Below, one piece after another: positions 40,856 through 50,800 of a DNA stretch of 60,883 nucleotides (positions are counted from its first letter, which is position 1; every line of letters begins with the position of its first letter). The DNA is from Zoogloeaceae bacterium (lineage in GTDB: Bacteria > Pseudomonadota > Gammaproteobacteria > Burkholderiales > Rhodocyclaceae). A program made the position numbers and the translations under genes. The stretch lies in NCBI GenBank assembly GCA_031288305.1, contig JAITRP010000026.1, forward strand, positions 1-60,883. The letters are read 5' to 3'. The notes below the pieces were generated by a model, which saw nothing but the letters and a program-made list of their open reading frames with translations, made no database searches and was not told the DNA's origin.

Positions 40856-42614
40856 CAACCGCGCCGACGACGCGCGCGATTTCCGCCAGCGTGCTCTGCC
40901 CGCTGCGCACCCGCCATTTCGCCTGCGTGACGAGACTTTCGAAGCCCTGTTTCTCCGCCATCTGGCGCAGAGTTTCCCGTCCGCCGTCATCGGCGATGCA
41001 GTTGGCCAGGGCATCGTCGATTTCCAGGATTTCATAGACCGGCAAGCGGCCGATGTAGCCGCTTTGCCCGCAGGCGTCGCAACCCACGCCGTGCCGGGCG
41101 TGGATCGCGCCTTCGTCGCCGCCATCCGCCAGCCAGGCGCGTTCGGCCTCATTCAGGGACGATTCCACGCTGCAATGCGGGCAGTTCCTGCGGATCAATC
41201 GCTGGCTGACGATGGCGATCAGATTGTCGGCGATGACGCGCGGGTCCAGTCCCAGCGGACGCAGGCGCGGCACCACGCCGAAGACGTTGGCGACATGCAG
41301 GCTGGAGAGCACGAGATGGCCGGTTGCCGAGGCTTCCACCGCCGCCTGCGCGGTTTCCCGGTCGCGGATTTCGCCGATCAGGATCACATCGGGATCATGA
41401 CGCAGGAAATAGCGCAGCGCGTTGCTGAAATCGTATTCGGCGCGCCGGTTGACTTCCGTCTGCGCCGCGCCGGGGATTCGGTATTCGATCGGGTCTTCCA
41501 CCGTGAGAACGTTGCTTTCGACCAGGGACTGAACCCGCTGCAAGGCCGCGTGCAGGGTCGTGCTTTTGCCGGACCCCGTCGGGCCGACGACCAGGATCAT
41601 GCCCGATGGTTTCGAGAAAACGCGTTCGAGCCTGCGCACGTCCCTGGGCAGGAATCCCAGTTGCGTGAGGCCGGCAAGCTCGTTTTGTTCCGGCAGGAGC
41701 CGGAGAACGATGCGTTCGCCGAATTCGACGAACAGGATGGAAACGCGTATGGCGAACGGCTGGCCGAGGATCGTGGTGTGATAGCTGCCGTCCTGCGGGC
41801 GCCGCTGTTCGGAAATATCCATTTCGGCGGATAGCTTGATGAAGGTCGCCACCCGCATCAGGGAATGCGGCAACGCCATGATGGGGCGCAGGACTCCGTC
41901 GATGCGGAAGAACACGTGCATGCTCCAGGGTGAGGGAACGAAGTGCACGTCCGTCGCCCGCTCATGCACCGCCTTGTGCAACAGGAAATCCAGGAACGGG
42001 CCGGGGCTGTACGCATGATCCACGTCATTGGCAAGCAGGCGAATTTCCCGCTCCAGCATGGCGTCGACGGAATATTGCGTAAAGTAATAGGCATCCCGGA
42101 TATGACGGGCAACGCGGGAAAATTCCCCCTGCGCGAAACGGCAGGGCAATCCCGTCCGCTCGCGCGCGATATGGGCCACTTTCAGTTCGTCGCCGTCGCC
42201 CAGGAGGACTTCCAGGCAGTCCGCGACGCGCCGCAAGGGCAGGAAACCATTCGTCAGGCAAAGCTCGCGGCCAAAACAGGCGAGCAGATCCGCGTCCGGC
42301 GGCGGAAAGTCCTCATGCGCAAGGAAAGGGATGCCTTTTTTCCCCGCCAGTTCGCGGGCGACATCATATTCGCGCACCAAGCCGTGCCGGACCAGCAGTT
42401 GTCCCAGACGCAGATTTTCCGTCTTCTGCTTTTGCAGGATGTACTGGAACTGCCAGGGGGTCAGGAATCCACGTTCCAGAAGGCGCTCGCCCAGACGCGC
42501 GGGAGCGCCCGGACGCGCGGGAAGGTCGAGTTGCCGTCCCGCTTCCTCGATCACGTCCGCCACGTCTGCCATGTCTGCTACATCCAGCGCGAAATTTTCC
42601 CGGTTCATCATCAT
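40797..42614 (-). CDS. GspE/PilB/MshE-family assembly ATPase with MshEN domain
   Basis: Tandem RLG..L...G motifs, Walker A GPTGSGKS, TVEDPIEY, Walker B PDVILIGEIRD, His box and CxxC...CxxC. Confidence 0.95.
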   Translation of the reverse strand: MMMNRENFALDVADMADVADVIEEAGRQLDLPARPGAPARLGERLLERGFLTPWQFQYILQKQKTENLRLGQLLVRHGLVREYDVARELAGKKGIPFLAHEDFPPPDADLLACFGRELCLTNGFLPLRRVADCLEVLLGDGDELKVAHIARERTGLPCRFAQGEFSRVARHIRDAYYFTQYSVDAMLEREIRLLANDVDHAYSPGPFLDFLLHKAVHERATDVHFVPSPWSMHVFFRIDGVLRPIMALPHSLMRVATFIKLSAEMDISEQRRPQDGSYHTTILGQPFAIRVSILFVEFGERIVLRLLPEQNELAGLTQLGFLPRDVRRLERVFSKPSGMILVVGPTGSGKSTTLHAALQRVQSLVESNVLTVEDPIEYRIPGAAQTEVNRRAEYDFSNALRYFLRHDPDVILIGEIRDRETAQAAVEASATGHLVLSSLHVANVFGVVPRLRPLGLDPRVIADNLIAIVSQRLIRRNCPHCSVESSLNEAERAWLADGGDEGAIHARHGVGCDACGQSGYIGRLPVYEILEIDDALANCIADDGGRETLRQMAEKQGFESLVTQAKWRVRSGQSTLAEIARVVGAVAEDRKQETEDRAAFGPCDP

Positions 42615-43255
42615 TCCTCGAAAACAGTGCCCTGGGATGAATAATTGTCGATGTCCATGCCGAGGGCCTGGCGCACGGCGCGCAGTTGCTGTGAATCCGG
42701 ATGGCGGCGGGCAAGATCCGCCAGAATCCGCTCGGCTTCCTTTCCCTGTCCGGCGCGCGTCGCGAGAATGGCAAGGTTGATGCCGGCGTTCTCATCGTTT
42801 TCGATCCGTTCCAGGATCTCCAGATAGGCCTCCCTTGCCGCCGCGTCCTGCCCGGAAGAGAAGGAAAGCCAGGCTCGTATCCGCAGCATGGTGAGGCTTC
42901 GTTCGGGAAGGAAATGCCCCAGCGTGCCCAGCAACCCTTCCGCCAGCGCGAAATCCTCCTGCAAAATCGCCGCATTGACTCGCCGCACCAGATCCCGGAT
43001 CTGCGCCTCGCGCGTTTTCTTCGCGTGGGCGGCGGATTCTCCTTCCCCGACCCTGGCGTTTGTTTTTTTGTTGATGGACAGAGAGGATTCCGCCTTGGTT
43101 ACCGATGGATTCTGCAACGGCGCGTTTTCCTGGGCGCGGGCGGCGCAGGACAAGCCTCCGGCCAGATGAACGAACACCAGCGCCAGCACAAGCCGCGCGC
43201 GAAACGACATGCCGCGGCGCTTGTCCGATGCAGCGTATTTTTCCGAATCGCTCAT
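42611..43255 (-). CDS. TPR-containing exported protein (MshN-like)
   Basis: Signal/TM segment and TPR-like helices (AREAYLEIL...NAGINLAIL). Confidence 0.75.
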   Translation of the reverse strand: MSDSEKYAASDKRRGMSFRARLVLALVFVHLAGGLSCAARAQENAPLQNPSVTKAESSLSINKKTNARVGEGESAAHAKKTREAQIRDLVRRVNAAILQEDFALAEGLLGTLGHFLPERSLTMLRIRAWLSFSSGQDAAAREAYLEILERIENDENAGINLAILATRAGQGKEAERILADLARRHPDSQQLRAVRQALGMDIDNYSSQGTVFEE

Positions 43256-44964
43256 AGCAACCTCACGCGCAGAACGATCACCAGTTCCCGGCTCTGGTGC
43301 GACTTGCTCTGTTCGCCGAACAGGTTCCCCACCGCCGGAATGTTCGACAATCCCGGCAGGCCATCCTTGTTGTTCGACTGGTTCTGGTCGATCAATCCGC
43401 CGATCATCACCATGTCGCCGTCGCCAAGATTCAGCGTCGTCGTCAGGCCCTTGTAGTTGATCCTGGGCAGGGTCACGACGTTGCCGTTGCCGACGTCGAT
43501 GAGGCTCAGGGATTCCGGGGTGACTTCCGTCTGGACCGGGTGGATCAGGAGTTCGATGCGTCCGTTGTCGTGGATGTAGGGCACCACGCCCACGACCACG
43601 CCGGAAAAGAGGGCGTCGGTTTCCACATCGGAGGTGGTCGTCGCGCTGCCGCCGCCGATGTTGTTGAAAGTCGAACTGCTCTTGGTGATGTAGCGAATGT
43701 TGGCGCCCACGCTCAGAAGCGCCGGCGTGCCGTTGCGCACGCGCACGCTCGGATTGGAAAGAACGCGCAGGGTGCCGAACGAACTCAGGGCCTTGATCGT
43801 GGCCGAGAAACGCTCGTCGCCATAGGAAAGGCCGAGACTGTTGCCCGCCAAAGCGCCGCCGATGGCCTGCGCCGGGATGGTCAGGGTGCGGTCGAGGAGC
43901 GTCCCGTCGGGAAAGGAACTGGAATGTTCCTGCACGCGCAGGGAATCCGCGCCGTAGACGCCCGCGACATTGCGCCGCAACAGCGTCCAGTCGACGCCGA
44001 ACTGGTGGCCGTCGTTCAATTGCACGTCGATCAATTGCGCTTCCACCAGAAGCTGGCGGCGCAGGATGGTTTTGTTCAGGTCGATGATCTGCTGGATCGC
44101 CCGAATCTGCGAAGGACGCGCTTTCACGTACAGGGCGCCGCTCGTCCGGTTCAGGCTGTAGCGTACCGGAGAGGGTTCCGCCGCCACGCCGCCCTGTTCC
44201 GCTCCGGTTACGGACGGGTTTCGCGCGGACGGTTGCGTTGGAAGACGCCCTTCCGCAAGACCGAGAATATTCTTCACCGCGTTCTCGAGTTCCTCATAGG
44301 TATCGATCTGCCTCGGCGTATTCCCGCTGATGCCGAAATCGGCGCGCAGCGTATTCGCGCTTCCCGACACGCTGTCGCCGGCCGAAACGTTGCTGCCGAA
44401 GACATCGCCGCCGGAAGCGAGATTGATCGAAAGATTGGTGTTCAGAAAACCCGCGCTGAAAATACGCTCTTCGTACAAATCGATGCGCAACGCGCCATTC
44501 CTGATTTCACCGCGCAAATCGAAGGTTTCCAGGATGTGGTTGTAGAGTTCGCGTGTCGTCACGTTCTTCAGCGCCAGGCTGGCGCGGATTTCCTGCCGCA
44601 GCACGAGCGGGTCGACCACCAGGTTCATGCCCAGCTGATTCGCCAGGGTCCACAGCAGCCAGTCGATGCCCGTATCGTGCATGTTGATTGAAATGGTTTC
44701 GTTTTCGAGCGGATCGTATTTCGGCGCGACCGGACGGGCCGCGCGTTCCACGACGGCGGCGCGATCCAGCCGCGCGCGCAACGCTTCATGCTGTTGCGCG
44801 AGTTTTTCCGACTCGCCGCTGACCGTTTCGGCCAATCCCGTCACAGGGATGGGTTCGTTGGGATCGAGCGCCTCGAAACTCCGGTGCGTGCTGCATGCTT
44901 GCAGGAAAAACACGCTCGCGGCGAAGCAGGCGGCTCTCTGAAGACTGGACAAGAGAATTTTCAT
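43252..44964 (-). CDS. Secretin of MshL type (lipoprotein secretin)
   Basis: Lipobox FLQAC, VEAQLIDVQL...FGVDW, LSNPSVRVRNG, IGGLI, GLPGLSNIP.VGNLF and RELVIVL. Confidence 0.92.
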   Translation of the reverse strand: MKILLSSLQRAACFAASVFFLQACSTHRSFEALDPNEPIPVTGLAETVSGESEKLAQQHEALRARLDRAAVVERAARPVAPKYDPLENETISINMHDTGIDWLLWTLANQLGMNLVVDPLVLRQEIRASLALKNVTTRELYNHILETFDLRGEIRNGALRIDLYEERIFSAGFLNTNLSINLASGGDVFGSNVSAGDSVSGSANTLRADFGISGNTPRQIDTYEELENAVKNILGLAEGRLPTQPSARNPSVTGAEQGGVAAEPSPVRYSLNRTSGALYVKARPSQIRAIQQIIDLNKTILRRQLLVEAQLIDVQLNDGHQFGVDWTLLRRNVAGVYGADSLRVQEHSSSFPDGTLLDRTLTIPAQAIGGALAGNSLGLSYGDERFSATIKALSSFGTLRVLSNPSVRVRNGTPALLSVGANIRYITKSSSTFNNIGGGSATTTSDVETDALFSGVVVGVVPYIHDNGRIELLIHPVQTEVTPESLSLIDVGNGNVVTLPRINYKGLTTTLNLGDGDMVMIGGLIDQNQSNNKDGLPGLSNIPAVGNLFGEQSKSHQSRELVIVLRVRLL

Positions 44965-44979
44965 TGGATTTTCAGGATT

Positions 44980-45696
44980 TCAATGAACATGATGTTTGAA
45001 CAACCATTCGATCAGTGTGTCGGGCGCTTCCGCCACGACAACGTCGTCATATACGGACGATCCGGATTGCAGGGGCGAGGCCACGCAAGGCCAGCCGTTC
45101 GCGTTCACGCCGTCCCGCGGGTCGCCGTCCTCGTCCCGGTCCGCGTTGGGCACGATGAGGACGAAGGCTGGATGCGTGAAGTTCCCGCAGTCGGAAGCGC
45201 CATCCGCGCCGACGGCGGCGACCCTGACATGAGACGCGGCAGGCGTTGCGGGAATTTTCCGCAATGCCGCGATCATGTCGCCATACCCCAGGTAATCGGG
45301 CTGGCCTTCGCCGTCGCCGGTGCGTTCGATGAGCGAGGTCACATCATCGGCGGCGCTTCCCCGATAGACGGCGTAGCGCATCCGATTTCCCGCCGCGTCT
45401 TCGAGACCGAACGTCAGGTACGGCAAGAACCCGGATTCCCCCGCCGCACAATCCTCATGGCCATCCCCATCGCTATCCGGGCAGGGAAGGCGCTTGTTGG
45501 CCAGCACGAAATAACGCAAGGCCTCGCGCATCTTGTTGGCTTCCGATCGACCCTGCAACGAGGATGTGTCACCCGGACCGGAAAAGGCAAAACCCGCCAG
45601 GAGACCCAGGACACCCATGACGACGAGCGTCACCGTCAGCTCGATCAGGCTGAAACCCTGTCCTGTCCGCCCGTGGAAGGGAAATGGACGCGACAT
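44980..45696 (-). CDS. Prepilin-like protein (LPCP family core only), 238 aa
   Basis: GQG|FSLIEL, LPCPDSDGDGHEDC and YDDVV. No C-terminal extension. Confidence 0.88.
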   Translation of the reverse strand: MSRPFPFHGRTGQGFSLIELTVTLVVMGVLGLLAGFAFSGPGDTSSLQGRSEANKMREALRYFVLANKRLPCPDSDGDGHEDCAAGESGFLPYLTFGLEDAAGNRMRYAVYRGSAADDVTSLIERTGDGEGQPDYLGYGDMIAALRKIPATPAASHVRVAAVGADGASDCGNFTHPAFVLIVPNADRDEDGDPRDGVNANGWPCVASPLQSGSSVYDDVVVAEAPDTLIEWLFKHHVH

Positions 45697-45697
45697 G

Positions 45698-46309
45698 TTA
45701 CCGTCCCGATCCCGAAAACGGCGCGATTCCCGCAGTCGCGGGCTGCCCGTGGAGACTGGCCAAAAACTGGTTTTGCAGGGCGGCGGCCTTGCGTCGCAAA
45801 TTTTCCATTTTCGCGACGTCGGGCGCGGGCTTTTTGTATTCCGCGTCCATCTCCTTGGCTATCTGTTGCAGATCCCGCGCGATGCGAAGATTTTGCCGCT
45901 GGACATTCAGGTCGATCCCGGCGATCACGCTCGTTCCCTGGATTTCGATCAATTCGGCAAACAGGGCGTCGATCTCACCGATGTCCGGCTCCTTTTGGGC
46001 GGAAATGGTCTCGAACTTCTTCTGCAAGGCTTGCAGGCGAATGGCATCGACAGGTTTGGGAACGAAGTTGGGAACAACGCCGCCAGGCGGGACAGGCGAT
46101 GGTTCGGGGTTCTTTCGCAAAACCAGCGAGCGGGCATCGGCAGGTTTGGGGGCTGGCTCGGAGGCAGGTTCGGCAACGGGCGCGGCGGCGATTTCCCGGT
46201 TGGACGGCGCGTCCTGCCCGTTCAGGATGACAAAAAGCGCCGCGCTCAGGGCGCAAACCATCACGCCCAGCATGGAAATGACTATGCGGTAGAGTTTGAA
46301 TTTGTTCAT
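45698..46309 (-). CDS. Membrane-anchored hypothetical protein in the pilus operon
   Basis: N-terminal TM, Pro-rich linker and helical C-terminus. Tightly packed in the operon. Confidence 0.75.
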   Translation of the reverse strand: MNKFKLYRIVISMLGVMVCALSAALFVILNGQDAPSNREIAAAPVAEPASEPAPKPADARSLVLRKNPEPSPVPPGGVVPNFVPKPVDAIRLQALQKKFETISAQKEPDIGEIDALFAELIEIQGTSVIAGIDLNVQRQNLRIARDLQQIAKEMDAEYKKPAPDVAKMENLRRKAAALQNQFLASLHGQPATAGIAPFSGSGR

Positions 46310-46323
46310 GGCGGATCGACCTT

Positions 46324-46893
46324 TCAGGGTATGCGGGCGGGAGGCTGCGGGAAAACGGCGGGGATCTCGATTCGTTGGCGCTTGCGCCCCTTTCGCACGA
46401 CGACCGAGGTATCGCGGATTGCCACAAGGCGGGCGCCGTCGGACAACAGGTCACCTTCGCGCACGAAATACCCATCGATGATGGCGCGCCGGAAATCCTG
46501 GGAAAAAAAGATGAAGGAAAGCTGGGGATCGATACCGGGCGAAAGCGGACGGTTGTTTCCCGATGCCTCATCGGCGTGCGCGCCGGATAACGCGGGTACG
46601 GCGGTGGAAATTTGCACAGGTTCGGCGGCTGCAACCTTCGGCAACGGAAACAGCCATTCCCGGGTATCGATCCGGCGCGTTTGCAGGACGACCGATGCAT
46701 CTTCTTCATCCTTCTCGAAACGCCGCAGTGTGACCCTGGTTTTTTCGAGTTCCTGGGCGTCGGTATTCGGGGCGGGCTGTCTCATCCCTGCCGAGATCGG
46801 CGCGCGTCCAGGGGTCCGTTCCAGGAGGAGAAATCCCGTCATGATCGAGAGCAGGATGGCAAGGCAGGAAATCAGGAGAGCGGCGTTTTTCAT
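46324..46893 (-). CDS. MshK/PilP/GspC-like alignment protein
   Basis: N-terminal TM and C-terminal RRAIIDGYFVREGDLL...ARLVAI (HR-like beta domain). Confidence 0.7.
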   Translation of the reverse strand: MKNAALLISCLAILLSIMTGFLLLERTPGRAPISAGMRQPAPNTDAQELEKTRVTLRRFEKDEEDASVVLQTRRIDTREWLFPLPKVAAAEPVQISTAVPALSGAHADEASGNNRPLSPGIDPQLSFIFFSQDFRRAIIDGYFVREGDLLSDGARLVAIRDTSVVVRKGRKRQRIEIPAVFPQPPARIP

Positions 46894-48200
46894 GAAATAT
46901 CTCCCGCGCTACGCGAATCCGGGTTCAGCCGGTAGGCAAAGGCGCTGCCGGGAGGGGCGGCGCGCGGCGCCAGGGTGACATCGATTGCCTCCGGTTCGAA
47001 GCCAAGCTGGCGCAAGCGCGCCAGGAAATTCGCAAGCTGCTGGTCGCCGCCGGCGGTCGCGTCGCCCCATCCTTCGATGACGATGCGACGATCATCCGCC
47101 TGCATGTAAACGCGCAGCAACTTGATGTCGTCGCCGGCGGCCAGGCGCAGGTTTTGCAGCAAATCGCCAGGATTCGTTTCTGTCCTGGCGGCGGACAGCA
47201 GGTCGATGAAATCGCGGGTGGCGAAAAAATCGGGAGGAAGCATTCCCGCCATTCCCCCTGCTTCCCCCGTGGATTCCACGATCTTGCGCGTATCTTCGCC
47301 CAATGCGGCGACTTCTCGGCGAATCGAGACGGCCTGGAAGAAGAAGGCAAGACCGGCCACCAGGCATGCCAGCGCCAGGATACCGGCGCTCAAGCTGAAA
47401 ACTCCGATGTTTCGCTCGGCGAAATAACTCGCCTTGGCCAATAGCGTATTCACGGCGATCCGCTCCGAAAGGCAGGGCGCCAATACCTCGAGCGGAAAAT
47501 ACCGGTACGTGCCGTCGTCCTGGAGATAGCCTTCCCTCTTGACTTCCTCGACGCGGCTTTCGGAATGCGCGGCGAAAATTTCCGCCAGGCCCGCTTCTCC
47601 GAAGGCATACCAGCGAAACGCCAACCTTTGCCCGGGCACTTCCAGCGTTTGTTCCTGGCGGATACGTCCGGCCAGCGTCATGGCGCAGGCGCGTGAATCG
47701 TCCTTTTCGTCACCGCGTACCCGCGCGGAAAAATAGCAAAGCTTCCTTCGTTCTTGCGCCAGGACGCTGATTCTTTTCCCGCCATGGAAAACGACGCCCT
47801 CTCCGTCCCGCCGGATCAGCCTGCGCATCAAGGCGGCCTGCGCGATCACCAGGCAATGCTCGTCCTGCGACGCGATCCAGGACTGCATGCGCCGCCAGGC
47901 AGTCATCGGCATGGCGGTATAAAGCGCCTGCCAGCCGTCAGATACAGGCGCGCCGCAATGGATCAGCACCTTGGTTTCTTCGTTTTCAATGACGCCGTCG
48001 TCACGCAGGCGGCGACCGATCAGGGCTTCCGCGTAATGTTTTTTTTCGTGGATCGTGGAAACGCCACTGACCGCGCCGCCGAAATCCGTCAGTACCAGGG
48101 TTGGCGCGGCAAGTCGCGGATATTCCGGCACCGCCCGGATGCAACCTTCCTCGACCAGCATCCAGTTCCCGTCGATGTTGAGCAGGATGTCAGCATTCAT
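46890..48200 (-). CDS. GspL/PilM-PilN-like alignment protein
   Basis: Large cytoplasmic domain, one TM, coiled coil and a ferredoxin-like C-terminus (IVIEG...LANFLARL). Confidence 0.65.
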   Translation of the reverse strand: MNADILLNIDGNWMLVEEGCIRAVPEYPRLAAPTLVLTDFGGAVSGVSTIHEKKHYAEALIGRRLRDDGVIENEETKVLIHCGAPVSDGWQALYTAMPMTAWRRMQSWIASQDEHCLVIAQAALMRRLIRRDGEGVVFHGGKRISVLAQERRKLCYFSARVRGDEKDDSRACAMTLAGRIRQEQTLEVPGQRLAFRWYAFGEAGLAEIFAAHSESRVEEVKREGYLQDDGTYRYFPLEVLAPCLSERIAVNTLLAKASYFAERNIGVFSLSAGILALACLVAGLAFFFQAVSIRREVAALGEDTRKIVESTGEAGGMAGMLPPDFFATRDFIDLLSAARTETNPGDLLQNLRLAAGDDIKLLRVYMQADDRRIVIEGWGDATAGGDQQLANFLARLRQLGFEPEAIDVTLAPRAAPPGSAFAYRLNPDSRSAGDIS

Positions 48201-48712
48201 GGTTCACCTCCTCCGGCGCGAAAGAGCAGCGTCCCGCGCACCGTCAACAGCAGGAGCGCATTCCCGGATGGATGGAACAGGCCTTTGTCGTTTTCCGTGA
48301 CCGACAAATCGAAAGCCTCGATGTGGAACAGGCGGCCATTCGTGCGCGAGAACGACTGGAAAAGGGTATTCGCGTCGGCGCGCGCAAGCTGTGTCTGCCG
48401 CAAATCGATGAAGCGTTTCGCCCAATAGCGTGGCGTTGCGCGCCGCGCTTCGGCAAGCCGCGACAATTGCCGCGCGGTTTTTTCCAATTCGGCGCGGGAT
48501 TGGGTTTGCGCCTGGATTTGCAGGGCATCTCGATGCGCGCGTTGCGCGAGAACCGTCTCCAGACGCGCCTCGCGCGCCTCGCGCACCGCAAGGAGCAACC
48601 CGCCCGCGGCAAGCAGCAAAAACACCAACATGCCGACGGCGAGCGCCAGGCGCTTTCTCCGTCCGTTCCGCCAGCCGCCGGATAAAGAAGAAGCGGAAGA
48701 AGCAGCGTTCAT
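48197..48712 (-). CDS. Membrane-anchored protein (PilO/GspM-like position)
   Basis: Single TM plus coiled coil, with an ATGA overlap with the downstream gene. Confidence 0.65.
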   Translation of the reverse strand: MNAASSASSLSGGWRNGRRKRLALAVGMLVFLLLAAGGLLLAVREAREARLETVLAQRAHRDALQIQAQTQSRAELEKTARQLSRLAEARRATPRYWAKRFIDLRQTQLARADANTLFQSFSRTNGRLFHIEAFDLSVTENDKGLFHPSGNALLLLTVRGTLLFRAGGGEP

Positions 48713-48715
48713 GCT

Positions 48716-49564
48716 CTATTGCTCCATGATCCATTGCGCCGTGACGAGCGCCACGCGATCTTCGTCACGATTGCCGCCCACGCCTTCGGCGCTCGAGGAA
48801 TACGCGCTTTCCGTCTGGGCAAAGGTATTGTTCGCGCGCCATTCCTGGCCGGGAACCTGATGCGAAGGTTCCTGGGCGTTATGCCGGGCATCCTGCTGGC
48901 GGAAGCGTCCTTCGAGCGCGTCGGCCTTGCCGTCGATCAAACCGTCCAGATAGCGCGCCAGATCCGGCGTCAGACCGCGCAGCACCATCACGTTGCCCGC
49001 GCCGCTGATGGTCGAGGGAGGATTCCATTGGAAACATATCTGCAATTCGGTCGCGTTGCCGTTCGTGTCCGAATAGACGTAGCGATCTTCCAGTCCCTCG
49101 CCGCGTCCCGGCGGCATGCGAATGCCGATCTTTTGCACCAGTTCCCGCAAATCCTGCCGCGCCAGGTCGCTGTCACCTTCCCCGATCGAGTTCCTGGGAT
49201 AGCCCTGACCATGACAGATGCGCAGGCCGGTATTGGCGTAGTTTTCCGGAATGCCGGCCAGCGTCCCCGAAGGATCTCCCCGGCCTGCGCGCGCGCCGCC
49301 GATCGAGGCTTCGCCGCCATTGACCATGTAGGTCGGCGCGATCTGGCTGTCCCCCAGCACCACGCCGGTACGCTGATAGTATTCGTCGTAAGCCTTTTTC
49401 CATTCGAAGACGAATTTGTTGGAAATCCGGTGATATTCGGCGTTGCGCTGTACGTCCTTGCCTACCGCCATGGCGCCGACGATGACGCCGATGACGACCA
49501 GGACGACCGCCAGCTCGATCAGCGTGAATCCCGCTTCATTCGGATGATTCGGAAATGCGCTCAT
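48716..49564 (-). CDS. Prepilin-like protein, paralogue family A (282 aa)
   Basis: EAG|FTLIEL, GKDVQRNAEY, EDRYVY and GLTPDLA. Confidence 0.9.
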   Translation of the reverse strand: MSAFPNHPNEAGFTLIELAVVLVVIGVIVGAMAVGKDVQRNAEYHRISNKFVFEWKKAYDEYYQRTGVVLGDSQIAPTYMVNGGEASIGGARAGRGDPSGTLAGIPENYANTGLRICHGQGYPRNSIGEGDSDLARQDLRELVQKIGIRMPPGRGEGLEDRYVYSDTNGNATELQICFQWNPPSTISGAGNVMVLRGLTPDLARYLDGLIDGKADALEGRFRQQDARHNAQEPSHQVPGQEWRANNTFAQTESAYSSSAEGVGGNRDEDRVALVTAQWIMEQ

Positions 49565-49583
49565 GTCGTTCCTCTACTTTCCC

Positions 49584-50405
49584 CTACTGATTCATCTTGT
49601 AGATGGCGACGACCGTTTCCACCTGATCTTCATCGCGTTGTTCACCGGTAGTCGTCGCCTGATTAAGCGGGTTGGCGCCTGTATGGGCGTAGGTGTTATT
49701 CACGCCCCATTCGATACCCGCCACGTTCGCGCTGGCATTCGTGACGCCTTCCTGGCGAAAAAGCCCTTCGCGCGCATCGGGTTTGCCGTCGATCATCTGA
49801 TCGAGCGAGCGCGCCAGATCCGGGGTCAGTCCGCTGATGACCATCACGTTTCCCGCGCCAGCGGCGGTACTCGGCGCATTCCACTGGAAACAGACCTGGA
49901 TTTCCTGCGGATTGCCATTGCTGTCGAGGTACACGTAACGATCCTCGCGTCCTTCCGCGCGTCCTGGCGGCATGCGGACGCCGACTTTCTGCATCAGGAT
50001 ACGCAGATCGAAATTGGTTCCGGTTTGGAAATTCCGGGCCATTTTGGTACCCTTCGCGCCATGGCAGATCGCATCCGGCGCCGACGCCCCCGTCATGTCT
50101 CCTCCGGAAACCGTGCCGCTGGCGGCCACGCCGACGTTGAAATTGGCGCCATTGACCATATAGCGTGGCTCCTGCTGGTTGTCGCCAAGCGGATAACCCG
50201 TGCGCTGGCCGTAGGCGTTGTAGGCGACCGCCCACTGGTCGATGAATTTCTGCTTGATCCGCGCGTATTCGGCGTTGCGCTGCACATCCTTGCCAATCGA
50301 CACCGCGCCCAGGATAAGTCCGATGATGATCAGCACCACCGCCATCTCGATCAGCGTAAATCCCTGAGCGGCAAATGGCCTGCGGCATGTCTTGCATGTT
50401 TTCAC
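49584..50405 (-). CDS. Prepilin-like protein, paralogue family A (273 aa), candidate major subunit
   Basis: GGAGG RBS and GTG start, AQG|FTLIEM, GKDVQRNAEY and GRAEGREDRYVYLDSNG. First gene of the operon. Confidence 0.9.
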   Translation of the reverse strand: MKTCKTCRRPFAAQGFTLIEMAVVLIIIGLILGAVSIGKDVQRNAEYARIKQKFIDQWAVAYNAYGQRTGYPLGDNQQEPRYMVNGANFNVGVAASGTVSGGDMTGASAPDAICHGAKGTKMARNFQTGTNFDLRILMQKVGVRMPPGRAEGREDRYVYLDSNGNPQEIQVCFQWNAPSTAAGAGNVMVISGLTPDLARSLDQMIDGKPDAREGLFRQEGVTNASANVAGIEWGVNNTYAHTGANPLNQATTTGEQRDEDQVETVVAIYKMNQ

Positions 50406-50800
50406 GAAGAATTCCCTCCATGTGAAATTGAACGACATGCGCACACAGTAGAAAGATTTCGTGACGGAATGATGACCCATGGGAAAAATATCATTTGCCG
50501 GAAGGCCGTACCCGGTTACGCCCCGCTGTTTGTTTTTCTCCGATCCGCTACATAAGCACTGGCTCCTTTATCCTATGCGAAAAGGGTTTGCGCAAAAGGG
50601 GAAAAGGTTGGAAAGGAAGGGGCTTCAAGGGAAAGGGGCCTACCCGCAAAAGGTGCTTTCCTCCTGAATGCTGGATTTCCCGAAAAGGCGAAAAAACCGG
50701 CGCGATTCGCGCCGATCGCTGTTTATGGGTTCCCCCCTCAAGCCGCGCGCGCGAATGTCTGCGCGCACTCCGACATGGCGGGTCTTTCCAGGACGGGTAG

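Noticed and set aside
50500-50600. Possible c-di-GMP-I riboswitch upstream of the pilus operon (GCAAACC...CAGCGGGG on the minus strand)
   Set aside because: The GAAA tetraloop and GGGACGCAAAG core are not found. An Rfam scan would settle it.
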